This document shows, in pieces, positions 8,470 to 16,691 of a stretch of DNA of 64,000 nucleotides. The DNA is from an uncultured virus (IMG/VR IMGVR_UViG_3300007513_002396). Its lineage: Duplodnaviria > Heunggongvirae > Uroviricota > Caudoviricetes. Where the stretch lies: positions 1 to 64,000 of IMG/VR virus record IMGVR_UViG_3300007513_002396. The stretch is one strand, 5' to 3'. The translations under genes and the position numbers were made by a program. The first letter of the stretch is position 1, and every line of letters begins with the position of its first letter. The notes under the pieces are model-generated. The model searched no databases. It worked only from the letters and a program-made list of their open reading frames with translations, and was not told the DNA's origin.

Positions 8470-8898
8470 ATGTTAGGAAAAGATTTTATGGGCGCCGGAT
8501 TTTTCATAGTCAATCCTTCTTCAAATCTCTTGCTAGCGCTTGTCGATAATAATGGGTTATATGATTTTCCTAAGGGTACGAAAGACAAAGAAGAACAACC
8601 ACTAGAAACTGCCCGACGGGAATGCTTCGAAGAGTGCTCTATCCTCATAGAAGAAGATGAGCTAATGAATTGTGGACCATTTTTTGATGGCAAATTATTT
8701 TTGTTTTGTGCTGAAACTGAAAAGCATCCAGCAATATTACGAAATGCAAAATCTGGTATCATAGAACATTCAGGATATGCATGGGTTAAACCTGAAGAAT
8801 TTTTGGCTAAGTGTGTACCATATCTCCAACCCATCACCAAGAAAATCTTCTTAGAGCTATCAAAGCGTGCACATCCCTTAGTCGCAAGTTATATTTAA
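8470..8898 (+). CDS. NUDIX hydrolase
   Basis: FPKGTKDKEEQPLETARRECFEECSI Nudix box; EHSGYAWV. Confidence 0.85.
   Translation: MLGKDFMGAGFFIVNPSSNLLLALVDNNGLYDFPKGTKDKEEQPLETARRECFEECSILIEEDELMNCGPFFDGKLFLFCAETEKHPAILRNAKSGIIEHSGYAWVKPEEFLAKCVPYLQPITKKIFLELSKRAHPLVASYI
8891..8897 (+). promoter_or_regulatory. ATANTTA motif upstream of the yeaH operon
   Basis: ATATTTA about 27 nt before ATG 8925; overlaps the NUDIX stop codon. Confidence 0.35.
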
Positions 8899-8924
8899 AT
8901 TAGAGAACTAGATGCTAAGGATGA

Positions 8925-10109
8925 ATGATGTCAATTTTCCAAAGACATAAAACGGTCGCTGATCGCTCCGCTGGGGACCGTGCGAGGCATCGAAAGAAAA
9001 TCGAGAGAGCCATCAAAGATGGCATCTATAATATTGTTGCTGAAGAATCGATTATTGGGAAAGAGGGAAAGAAAAAATTTCGTATTCCTGTACGAGGAAT
9101 TAAAGAGTATCGATTTGTATACGGTGATAACGGTTCAAGAAGAGTAGGCTCTGCTCAAGGGAAAGATGTTAAGCGCGGGCAGGTGATTGGCAAAAAAGAA
9201 GAAAAAGGGCAAGGGCAAGGAAATCAGGCTGGTCAAGAAAAGGGAGAAGAGTATTACGAGGTAGAGCTTACGCTTGATCAACTTGCAGAATATCTTTTTA
9301 AAGATCTAAAGCTCCCTAATTTTGAAAAGAAAAAGAACACTAATGTCACATCTAAAAAAATAAAAAGACACGGGTATAGAACAAAGGGAATTCGGCCGAG
9401 GCTTGATAAAAAGAAGACAGTGATTGAAAAGCTAAAAAGAAAGAACAAGCGAAAGCTGATCATGTCACAACCTGAGTTAAATGAGGATGTTGACGAAACA
9501 AATGAATTTCCTTTTAATGAGAAAGATTTACGATATCGTCACTACAAGGTTCATGAAAAGAAAACGTCTAGTGCCGTTATATTCTTTTTAATGGACATTT
9601 CTGGATCTATGACAAGACAAAAGAAGTTTTTAGCAAGAAGCTTTTTCTTTTTGTTATACCATTTTATAAGGGCAAGGTATGACCAAGTGGACCTGGTGTT
9701 TATTGCTCACGATGTTGAGGCTCATGAAGTAACAGAAGACCAATTTTTTGGACGTGGATCATCGGGTGGAACATTGGTTTCTAGCGCATTAACAATGACT
9801 GAGGAGATTATTTCAAAAAGATATCACCCAAATAGCTGGAACATCTATGCATTTCAATGCTCTGACGGTGACAACTGGCCGACCGATAATGAAAGAGCAA
9901 TCGAACTAGCAAAGAAAATAGTTCAAAAAGCACAATTCTTTGGGTATTGTCAGATCGAGCCCAGTGAAGAAAGAGCTAGCTTCATCCGTGAAAATTCTTT
10001 ATCAGAAATATACGCACCGTTGATAGGTCCAAACTTTAAGGTAGCAGAGGTTTCTAGCAAGGAGCATATCTGGCCAGCTTTTAGATCATTCTTTGGGGGT
10101 GAATTATGA
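8925..10109 (+). CDS. yeaH: YeaH/YhbH (DUF444) VWA-type protein
   Basis: DRSAGDRARHRKKI, IPVRGIKEYRFVYG, VIFFLMDISGSM, SGGTLVSSAL, WNIYAFQCSDGDNW. Confidence 0.93.
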   Translation: MMSIFQRHKTVADRSAGDRARHRKKIERAIKDGIYNIVAEESIIGKEGKKKFRIPVRGIKEYRFVYGDNGSRRVGSAQGKDVKRGQVIGKKEEKGQGQGNQAGQEKGEEYYEVELTLDQLAEYLFKDLKLPNFEKKKNTNVTSKKIKRHGYRTKGIRPRLDKKKTVIEKLKRKNKRKLIMSQPELNEDVDETNEFPFNEKDLRYRHYKVHEKKTSSAVIFFLMDISGSMTRQKKFLARSFFFLLYHFIRARYDQVDLVFIAHDVEAHEVTEDQFFGRGSSGGTLVSSALTMTEEIISKRYHPNSWNIYAFQCSDGDNWPTDNERAIELAKKIVQKAQFFGYCQIEPSEERASFIRENSLSEIYAPLIGPNFKVAEVSSKEHIWPAFRSFFGGEL

Positions 10110-11413
10110 GCTCAAATTTTCTAAGCATGCTTGAAGAGTGGGACGAAAAAATTATCAAACTAGCTGAAGGACATGGTTTGGACTGGTATCCAATCCTGTA
10201 CGAAACGTGTGATTACTACGAGATGATTGGAAATATGGCATATCACGGAATGCCCACACATTACCGTCATTGGAGCTTTGGAAAATCTTTCGAGCGTACG
10301 CACGCTATGTATAATGCCGGCCTTGAGGGATTGCCCTATGAGTTAATCATTAACAGCAACCCATCAATAGCTTACCTCATGGAAGAAAACCCATTTTATC
10401 TACAAGTCCTTATCATGTGTCATTGCGTTGGCCATTCAGATTTTTTCAAAAATAATATAACATTTGCAAACACTCATGCTGATAATGTGCTATTGAGGAT
10501 GCGAAATGCGAAGAGGTTTGTCGATGGTCTTATCGAGGACCCAAGCATCGGCGTGAAGAAAGTAGAAAATATTCTAGATGCCGCGCATGCTTTGTCACTC
10601 CAAATTCCTCGTCGTTATAGAATGTATGATTCCCAGAAGAATCAAAAGAAGGCTCTTATTTTGGACATCAAGCAGGGAAAATATGAAGATGATTTTCCTC
10701 CGGATCCACGGGCGATTCCTGTTAGCCCAGAGCCTAATATTTTGGCATTCCTTGCAGAGTGTAGTCCTGTCCTTGATGATTGGGAACGTGAATTACTGTA
10801 CTTCGCTTTAGAAGACGCAGAGTATTTTATGCCACAGATTAGAACAAAAATAATGAATGAGGGGTGGGCTTCTTACTGGCATTTTAGAATGATGCATGAG
10901 CTTGAGCTTCCCGACTCAATGCACCTTCCTTTTTTAAAAATGCACAATGAAGTCGTCAGACCTCATCTTGGGAGTATCAACCCATATCACCTTGGATTCC
11001 ACCTTTTTAGAAAAATTGAAGAGCGCCACGGACTAGAAGAATGTTTTATTGCTAGAGAGTCGCTCAATGATGAATCATTTATCAGACAGTATCTTACCGA
11101 AGAAGATTGTGTTGATCTAAACCTATTTTCGTTTGGTTTGGACAAGAAAGAATTCGTGATTGAAGATGTGTCTGACAACGAGGGGTGGAAATCAGTAAAA
11201 CAAAACCTAATCAAACAGGTTTCTGCTAATAATATTCCATCAATCGTAGTGGAAGGTGTAGACGAAGCGAATATTCTAACTTTAAGGCATGAACATGATG
11301 GACGTGATTTAGAATTAGAATACGCGGAATCTGTAGTCGAACACATTACGACGTTGTGGGGAGATGTTGTTAGACTTGAAACAATTATTGAAGATGAACC
11401 ATTCGAGATTTAA
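10106..11413 (+). CDS. spoVR: SpoVR/YcgB family protein
   Basis: GMPTHYRHWSFGK, LPYELIINSNPSIAYL, HCVGHSDFFKNN, PQIRTKIMNEGWASYWH, NPYHLG. Confidence 0.95.
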   Translation: MSSNFLSMLEEWDEKIIKLAEGHGLDWYPILYETCDYYEMIGNMAYHGMPTHYRHWSFGKSFERTHAMYNAGLEGLPYELIINSNPSIAYLMEENPFYLQVLIMCHCVGHSDFFKNNITFANTHADNVLLRMRNAKRFVDGLIEDPSIGVKKVENILDAAHALSLQIPRRYRMYDSQKNQKKALILDIKQGKYEDDFPPDPRAIPVSPEPNILAFLAECSPVLDDWERELLYFALEDAEYFMPQIRTKIMNEGWASYWHFRMMHELELPDSMHLPFLKMHNEVVRPHLGSINPYHLGFHLFRKIEERHGLEECFIARESLNDESFIRQYLTEEDCVDLNLFSFGLDKKEFVIEDVSDNEGWKSVKQNLIKQVSANNIPSIVVEGVDEANILTLRHEHDGRDLELEYAESVVEHITTLWGDVVRLETIIEDEPFEI

Positions 11414-11426
11414 GACGGAGTAATCG

Positions 11427-13355
11427 ATGCCAAAGAGCAAGTATCTTGACATTATAAACAGTCAAAGAAAAAAGAAGACCTCAAAAAAGTTTGAGGGTAC
11501 TTTTTTGGATTATCTTACGTTAGTGGAGAAAGACCCCACCTTAGCTGATCATGCGCACAAAAGATTGTACGATGTTATTTCAGCAGAGGGAATTTCTACG
11601 CTTGATGATGATGACCCAAGAAAGCATAAGTTGTTTAATAGCGAAAGTGTGAAAGTGTATGACTATTTCTCAGAAGAATTCTTTGGAATGGAAAATACTA
11701 TTTCAAAGTTAATGAGGTTCCTTCGCTCTGCATCCTTAAAGGGCGAAGAGAGTCGACAGGTTCTTTTGTTGATGGGCCCTGTAGGAGCTGGAAAGTCTGC
11801 ACTAACTGAACATATCAAGTCAAGTCTTGATGGTGTACAGTATTACCACTTGAAAGATGATCCCCAGCGAGGCGATCCACTTCAGCTTATTCCCAGATCA
11901 CTGAGAAAGAAGTTCAGCAAGCTACTCAAGGTGGCCATCGATGGTGATATTTCTCCTATAGCACGTCACCTTTTATTTGAGACGTATGAAAAGGCTTATG
12001 AGTCATTTGAAGTCGTAGAGACTACATTTTCTCAGCGTGCTCGTCGAGGGATTGCAACTGTACCACCAATGGACGCGAATAGTCAAGACGTATCAGTGCT
12101 TATTGGTTCAGAAGATATATCAAAGCTTGACAAATATTCTGAGGATGATCCTCGGGCCCTGTCATTAAACGGAGCATTCAACGTTGGTAACAGAGGTATT
12201 GTCGAACTTGTGGAGGTCTTTAAAAACGAAATTGAGTTTCTCCATACAATCATCACTGCGACACAGGAGAAGAGGATTCCAGCCCCTGGAAAGCATGATA
12301 TGCTTCACTTCGATGGTGTTATCTTAGCGCACTGTAACGAATCAGAGTGGAACCGTTTTCAAAGTGAGCATACCAACGAAGCAATTTTAGATCGTGTTGT
12401 TAAAATTGAAGTACCATATGTTTTAGAACTTGAACAAGAAATAAAGATTTATGAAAAGATCTTAGGAAGGTCCAACTTTGATTCTCATATCGCTCCTCAC
12501 ACTCTTCGAATTGCGTCGATGTTTTCAATCCTAAGTCGTCTCCATGCGAGCCAAAAGTGCGATCTTCTCACAAAGATGAAAATTTATAATGGGGAAGATG
12601 TTGTAGAGAAGGGAAGAGTAAAGAAAATTGACATTAGAGATCTCCGGGATGAAGCTCCAAGAGAGGGTATGCAAGGAATTTCAACCAGGTTTATCATGAA
12701 GGCGGTTGATAATGCCTTAAGCGATTCAGACAAGGATTTCATAACTCCCATTTCGATGCTTGACTCTCTAATAAAGCAAGTAAAAGATCAAATCGTTGAT
12801 TTAGATTTTCAGAACCATTGTCTAGACTTGATTAGAAACACAGTACGAGATGAATATCTTCGTATGCTCGAAAATGAAATAGCAAAAGCGTTTATTACAG
12901 CCTACGAAGAACAGGCACAAGCAGTATTCGAAAACTATCTTGACAATGCCGAGGCATTCACCACAAGCTCAAAAATGAAAGACAGAATTACAAAAGAAGA
13001 AATGCAACCGGATGAAACGTTTATGAGAGCGATTGAAGGTACGATCGGTGTAAGTAGCTCGGGCAGAGAGGGGTTTAGGGCTGACGTGACAGCTTATATG
13101 TTCTCTAAGATGCGTAGAGGTGAAAATGTTGATTATACTTCTTATGAGCCTCTAAAAGAAGCTATCGAAACATACCTCATCACATCTGTGAAGGATCTGG
13201 CTAGAATCGTTACAAAGACGAAAACCAGAGATGATGAGCAGAAACAAAAGTACTCAAGCATGGTACAAACACTTATGGACGAATATGGTTATACACCGGA
13301 GTCAGCAGAAGAAATACTGGTCTTCGCGAGTAATAATCTATGGAGAGATAGCTGA
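11427..13355 (+). CDS. prkA: PrkA/YeaG family AAA+ ATPase / serine protein kinase
   Basis: FFGME, LMGPVGAGKS Walker A, DDPRALSLNGAFNVGNRGIVELVEVFK, VILAHCNESEW, REGMQGISTRF. Confidence 0.95.
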   Translation: MPKSKYLDIINSQRKKKTSKKFEGTFLDYLTLVEKDPTLADHAHKRLYDVISAEGISTLDDDDPRKHKLFNSESVKVYDYFSEEFFGMENTISKLMRFLRSASLKGEESRQVLLLMGPVGAGKSALTEHIKSSLDGVQYYHLKDDPQRGDPLQLIPRSLRKKFSKLLKVAIDGDISPIARHLLFETYEKAYESFEVVETTFSQRARRGIATVPPMDANSQDVSVLIGSEDISKLDKYSEDDPRALSLNGAFNVGNRGIVELVEVFKNEIEFLHTIITATQEKRIPAPGKHDMLHFDGVILAHCNESEWNRFQSEHTNEAILDRVVKIEVPYVLELEQEIKIYEKILGRSNFDSHIAPHTLRIASMFSILSRLHASQKCDLLTKMKIYNGEDVVEKGRVKKIDIRDLRDEAPREGMQGISTRFIMKAVDNALSDSDKDFITPISMLDSLIKQVKDQIVDLDFQNHCLDLIRNTVRDEYLRMLENEIAKAFITAYEEQAQAVFENYLDNAEAFTTSSKMKDRITKEEMQPDETFMRAIEGTIGVSSSGREGFRADVTAYMFSKMRRGENVDYTSYEPLKEAIETYLITSVKDLARIVTKTKTRDDEQKQKYSSMVQTLMDEYGYTPESAEEILVFASNNLWRDS

Positions 13356-13609
13356 TGTTAAGATTTGGATTTAGCGAAGCGTTGCTTATGTTTGCTGGAA
13401 TTGCTTTATGGCATAACCAAATGTTTGCAATAATCGCATTTTGTATGGCTTGCTTTGTTGCATTCGCAAGATTTTCGCTAGAGTGGTCGCTAAAGTCTAA
13501 AGAAACCGAAGCGAAGGTGCAGGCCTCAAAGCTATTAAATGAGCAAGTTCAAGAAGTCGGTGATGTACTTGGGACTATGTTCGGTAAAAAGAAATCCACG
13601 ATGCACTGA
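13355..13609 (+). CDS. Small two-TM membrane protein
   Basis: Hydrophobic N-terminal half; TGATG coupling to prkA. Confidence 0.7.
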   Translation: MLRFGFSEALLMFAGIALWHNQMFAIIAFCMACFVAFARFSLEWSLKSKETEAKVQASKLLNEQVQEVGDVLGTMFGKKKSTMH

Positions 13610-13617
13610 GATGTACA

Positions 13618-14949
13618 ATGAGACACTACGCCTCAGTATACTCAGGTGACGAAGCAAAAAAAATAACTCGGGACGCTCGACAGGCTATACGTGATGTAAT
13701 TCAAAGCTTGCAATCTTGGGAAAGCTCCATGATAGTTGGGAAAAGGCTTTATACCTTCGGTTGGCCTGATTCTTTTCGACTCTTGATAGAGGGGCTTGAT
13801 AATTGTCCTTTAGTGTATAGAAACCTCGTTCTTAATTCAGCAGAGGCCGTTTATCGACGATGTCCATTAGCGGTATCGCTTTATCTTATCACTTTGGAAA
13901 AAATGCTAGCAGGCCGACTTGCTGATGCTGCTCAGTTACAAGAGACAATAGATCAGCTGGTGATTAATCGAAGAAGGATATCGTCTAAGGAAGCAAAAAG
14001 CGCTTGGCGAAAGACAATACATGATGACTTTACTCGCGAAATATTTGAAGATTTATCATCTGCTGTCGATAAGACTGGAGCGCTCGGAACAATAGAGGTC
14101 AAAGGAGGCAGATATTCTAATGTTGAAATATACGAAGGCATTTCTGTTGCTGCTAAGCTAGCGCCGGCTTTTCAATCTCAAGTTGCAGGAATAATTCACT
14201 TAACAGACTGTAAGGTTGTGATTGTTGATGGAGCAATTCTTGACATTAGTGAATTAAATAGATTGCTTGTTTACGCTAACGAGAGTAAATCAAGCATTGC
14301 AATTTTTGCTTCGCAATTCTCAGATGATATATTAAATACCCTGATCGTTAATTGGAACAACGGACGTCTCAAGGCAGTTCCAATAATCTTTGAAAGTACC
14401 CTGAACGATCTTAATCAACCTGGAGATGTTGCAACAGTCGTAGGAGGAAGGTTAATATCAAAAGATTGTGAATATTCCATAACACTCCTTAACGAGGAAG
14501 AGTTACCCACTATCAAAAGCATAACTGTGAACAATATTTCGAAAAAATGTGATCTAATTTTAGATTCTGATGGTTTGTCTAGGGCATTTTTTCTAAGAAA
14601 TGAAATTCAAAAAAAGCGTGAAAAAGAAAAGATAGAAGATGTCAAGAATATCCTGAGCGCAAGACTAGCGAAACTAACAAGTAGAAAAACTATTATAACG
14701 ATTAAATGCGATATTGAAGAATCTGGAATTGTTAAAGATAGAATTTCCGACTTATTTTCTTTTATAAAATGTTGTGCAAATGAGAGCATAGTTTCTGGAG
14801 CTTCAATCTATTCAGCGGTAGAACAACAAGACACAAGCGGTCTTCCAGCTTTCTTACCCGCTTTTTCTGCAAAAATTGCCATTTTTAAAGCGATCGCAGA
14901 TGCTGAGCAGATAAACAAAATTGGAGCGCTAATACTGATGGATTATTGA
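13618..14949 (+). CDS. Divergent GroEL/Cpn60-like chaperonin lacking the GDGTTT motif
   Basis: Colinear with GroEL by eye: VEIYEG; KVVIVDGAILDISELNRLL; DDILNTLIVNWNNGRLKAV; DVATVVGGRLI; LSARLAKLT; VKDRISD. Confidence 0.72.
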   Translation: MRHYASVYSGDEAKKITRDARQAIRDVIQSLQSWESSMIVGKRLYTFGWPDSFRLLIEGLDNCPLVYRNLVLNSAEAVYRRCPLAVSLYLITLEKMLAGRLADAAQLQETIDQLVINRRRISSKEAKSAWRKTIHDDFTREIFEDLSSAVDKTGALGTIEVKGGRYSNVEIYEGISVAAKLAPAFQSQVAGIIHLTDCKVVIVDGAILDISELNRLLVYANESKSSIAIFASQFSDDILNTLIVNWNNGRLKAVPIIFESTLNDLNQPGDVATVVGGRLISKDCEYSITLLNEEELPTIKSITVNNISKKCDLILDSDGLSRAFFLRNEIQKKREKEKIEDVKNILSARLAKLTSRKTIITIKCDIEESGIVKDRISDLFSFIKCCANESIVSGASIYSAVEQQDTSGLPAFLPAFSAKIAIFKAIADAEQINKIGALILMDY

Positions 14950-15012
14950 CATCATGCAATGAATTTATTTACTTCTTTAGCCAGCAGGTTAAATTATGGA
15001 CAGAAATAAGGA

Positions 15013-15303
15013 GTGACTATAATGATGTCTAAACAGTCCAAAGCAGAACTAGCAAGGCAGGTCCAAGCGCTACAGGGCGAATTGGCCGAGTCGAAAACGC
15101 CAGGAGACTTACGAGAATTAATACATACTTTGATTAATTTTCTTAACGATGAAATTGGAAGAACGCTGGCGGAGTCGACAGACCCAGAGTGGTGTGGAAG
15201 CCGCAATATGGATATGTTGACAGTTGAGCAGGCAGAAACGTTGACAAACGTATTAAGCGAGCTTGTCAAGCAGTCTTCATTCGTAATACTTTCTAGAGCG
15301 TAA
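15013..15303 (+). CDS. Hypothetical protein
   Basis: SD AAGGAG; ATG starts near 15022. Confidence 0.6.
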   Translation: MTIMMSKQSKAELARQVQALQGELAESKTPGDLRELIHTLINFLNDEIGRTLAESTDPEWCGSRNMDMLTVEQAETLTNVLSELVKQSSFVILSRA

Positions 15304-15306
15304 AGC

Positions 15307-15771
15307 ATGCATGGGACGAAGCATATGATAAAATGCAGATGTATTCTCCCTACGTTAAAAAATAAACAAGACCCACCGGTGCATCAATTTATAGTATTTT
15401 CAGTAATAGATGCGCAAGAAAAAGTGTGTGAAAAGCATGTGCAGTGTAATAATTGTGGTATAGTACATAAGGTTTATGATCTATGCAAGTCTGAGATTGT
15501 CTCCAATAAGGAAGTTTTAAAAAGCGCTATGACGATCGAAGATATTCGCTTTACGCTTCCTGAAAGTGTTGCCAAAATTTTAGAAAGTTATGATTGCGAT
15601 CTTCCAACTCACGAACATGTGAAGTTTATGTATGATTTTAACGTTCGAGGTGGCTTCACTATTCTTACAAAAGAAAACGATGGAGAAGTTACTGAAGGCA
15701 AAATTCTAAGATACAAGGGCGAAAAAGCATTCACTATTGAACCGTTTGTTAAGCAGGAACGAATACTATGA
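15307..15771 (+). CDS. Hypothetical Cys/His-rich, possibly Zn-binding protein
   Basis: KCRCILP...HQF...CNNCGIVH...C. Confidence 0.7.
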   Translation: MHGTKHMIKCRCILPTLKNKQDPPVHQFIVFSVIDAQEKVCEKHVQCNNCGIVHKVYDLCKSEIVSNKEVLKSAMTIEDIRFTLPESVAKILESYDCDLPTHEHVKFMYDFNVRGGFTILTKENDGEVTEGKILRYKGEKAFTIEPFVKQERIL

Positions 15772-16028
15772 AAACTATTCAGGGTAAATTAGAAAAACAA
15801 AAACAGACAAGGTGGCTGAATGAAACCAGACAATGTCGGGAGATTGTCCAAGAAATTTTATCATTTGGTGTGAATCAAGACCAGATAAAAAATGTTATAA
15901 AGTTGCTCGCACTTGAGCTTGAGGATGTGGAAATAATGAAAGCAATTTCACAAATTTTAATAGAAAATGTTAACGAGCAAGTGACTACCGTTAATATTCT
16001 TAAACCAGGAGGAAAAACAGATGAGTGA
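15768..16028 (+). CDS. Hypothetical protein
   Basis: Overlaps neighbouring genes on both sides. Confidence 0.65.
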   Translation: MKTIQGKLEKQKQTRWLNETRQCREIVQEILSFGVNQDQIKNVIKLLALELEDVEIMKAISQILIENVNEQVTTVNILKPGGKTDE

Positions 16029-16218
16029 TTCAAATAGTATTCTTGAGGGGTGGGAAAGCTTGAAGGAGCTTGTCAATTCCCTAGAGCTTGATATTCATAA
16101 GAACGCGAATGGAAACAAATCTGCCGGAGTACGTGCAAGAAGGGGTTTGCGTAAATTAAAGAATGACGCAAGTTCCTTAGTAAAATTGACACTAACCGCG
16201 GAAAAAAGTGAAAGTTAA
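16021..16218 (+). CDS. Histone H1-like (Hc1 N-terminal domain) small protein
   Basis: GNKSAGVRARRGLRKLK resembles the family motif GNKAAGTRARK; SD AGGAGG. Confidence 0.75.
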   Translation: MSDSNSILEGWESLKELVNSLELDIHKNANGNKSAGVRARRGLRKLKNDASSLVKLTLTAEKSES

Positions 16219-16256
16219 TTTCCACGCTAGTTAATCAATTCGTACTTTACTTTTGC

Positions 16257-16281
16257 AAAAAGGGGGGCTTACCCCCTTTTT
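16257..16281. terminator. Bidirectional intrinsic terminator between convergent genes
   Basis: AAAAAGGGGG-GCTTA-CCCCCTTTTT. Confidence 0.85.
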
Positions 16282-16304
16282 CTAATTTCTGAGAGCTACA
16301 ATAG

Positions 16305-16613
16305 TTAGTTTTTGTGGTATGGCAACTTCAATTCTTTAAGAGTCTTGGGACACGCAGTTTTCAAAAACTGTTTCGCAGCTTTCTCAATTTGGCAAATACG
16401 CATCCTGGTGACGTCGAACATATCACCCACATCTTGAAGCGTATACGGTCCTTCGCGCGCTGCGAGAATCGTACAGTTATTATGTTCCCTCAAATCATGC
16501 CAATAGCGACATGAGCTTTTCTTACATGCTCTCCCCGATTCTTTGTGCGCCGCAAAACATGATACACCGTCGACTATTTCAGATAAGTCGTCTTGATCAT
16601 TTTTTGATTTCAT
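16305..16613 (-). CDS. Stand-alone sigma-70 region 4 HTH protein with Cys-rich N-terminus
   Basis: PYTLQDVGDMFDVTRMRICQIEKAA; C..CKKSSCRYW..NNC; SD AGGAG. Confidence 0.8.
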   Translation of the reverse strand: MKSKNDQDDLSEIVDGVSCFAAHKESGRACKKSSCRYWHDLREHNNCTILAAREGPYTLQDVGDMFDVTRMRICQIEKAAKQFLKTACPKTLKELKLPYHKN

Positions 16614-16691
16614 TTAATCTCCTATTCAATGCGATTAATACATTTAACGTTATTTTAATAGGAGAGTACAATATTTTTCAAGGGAGTTATT

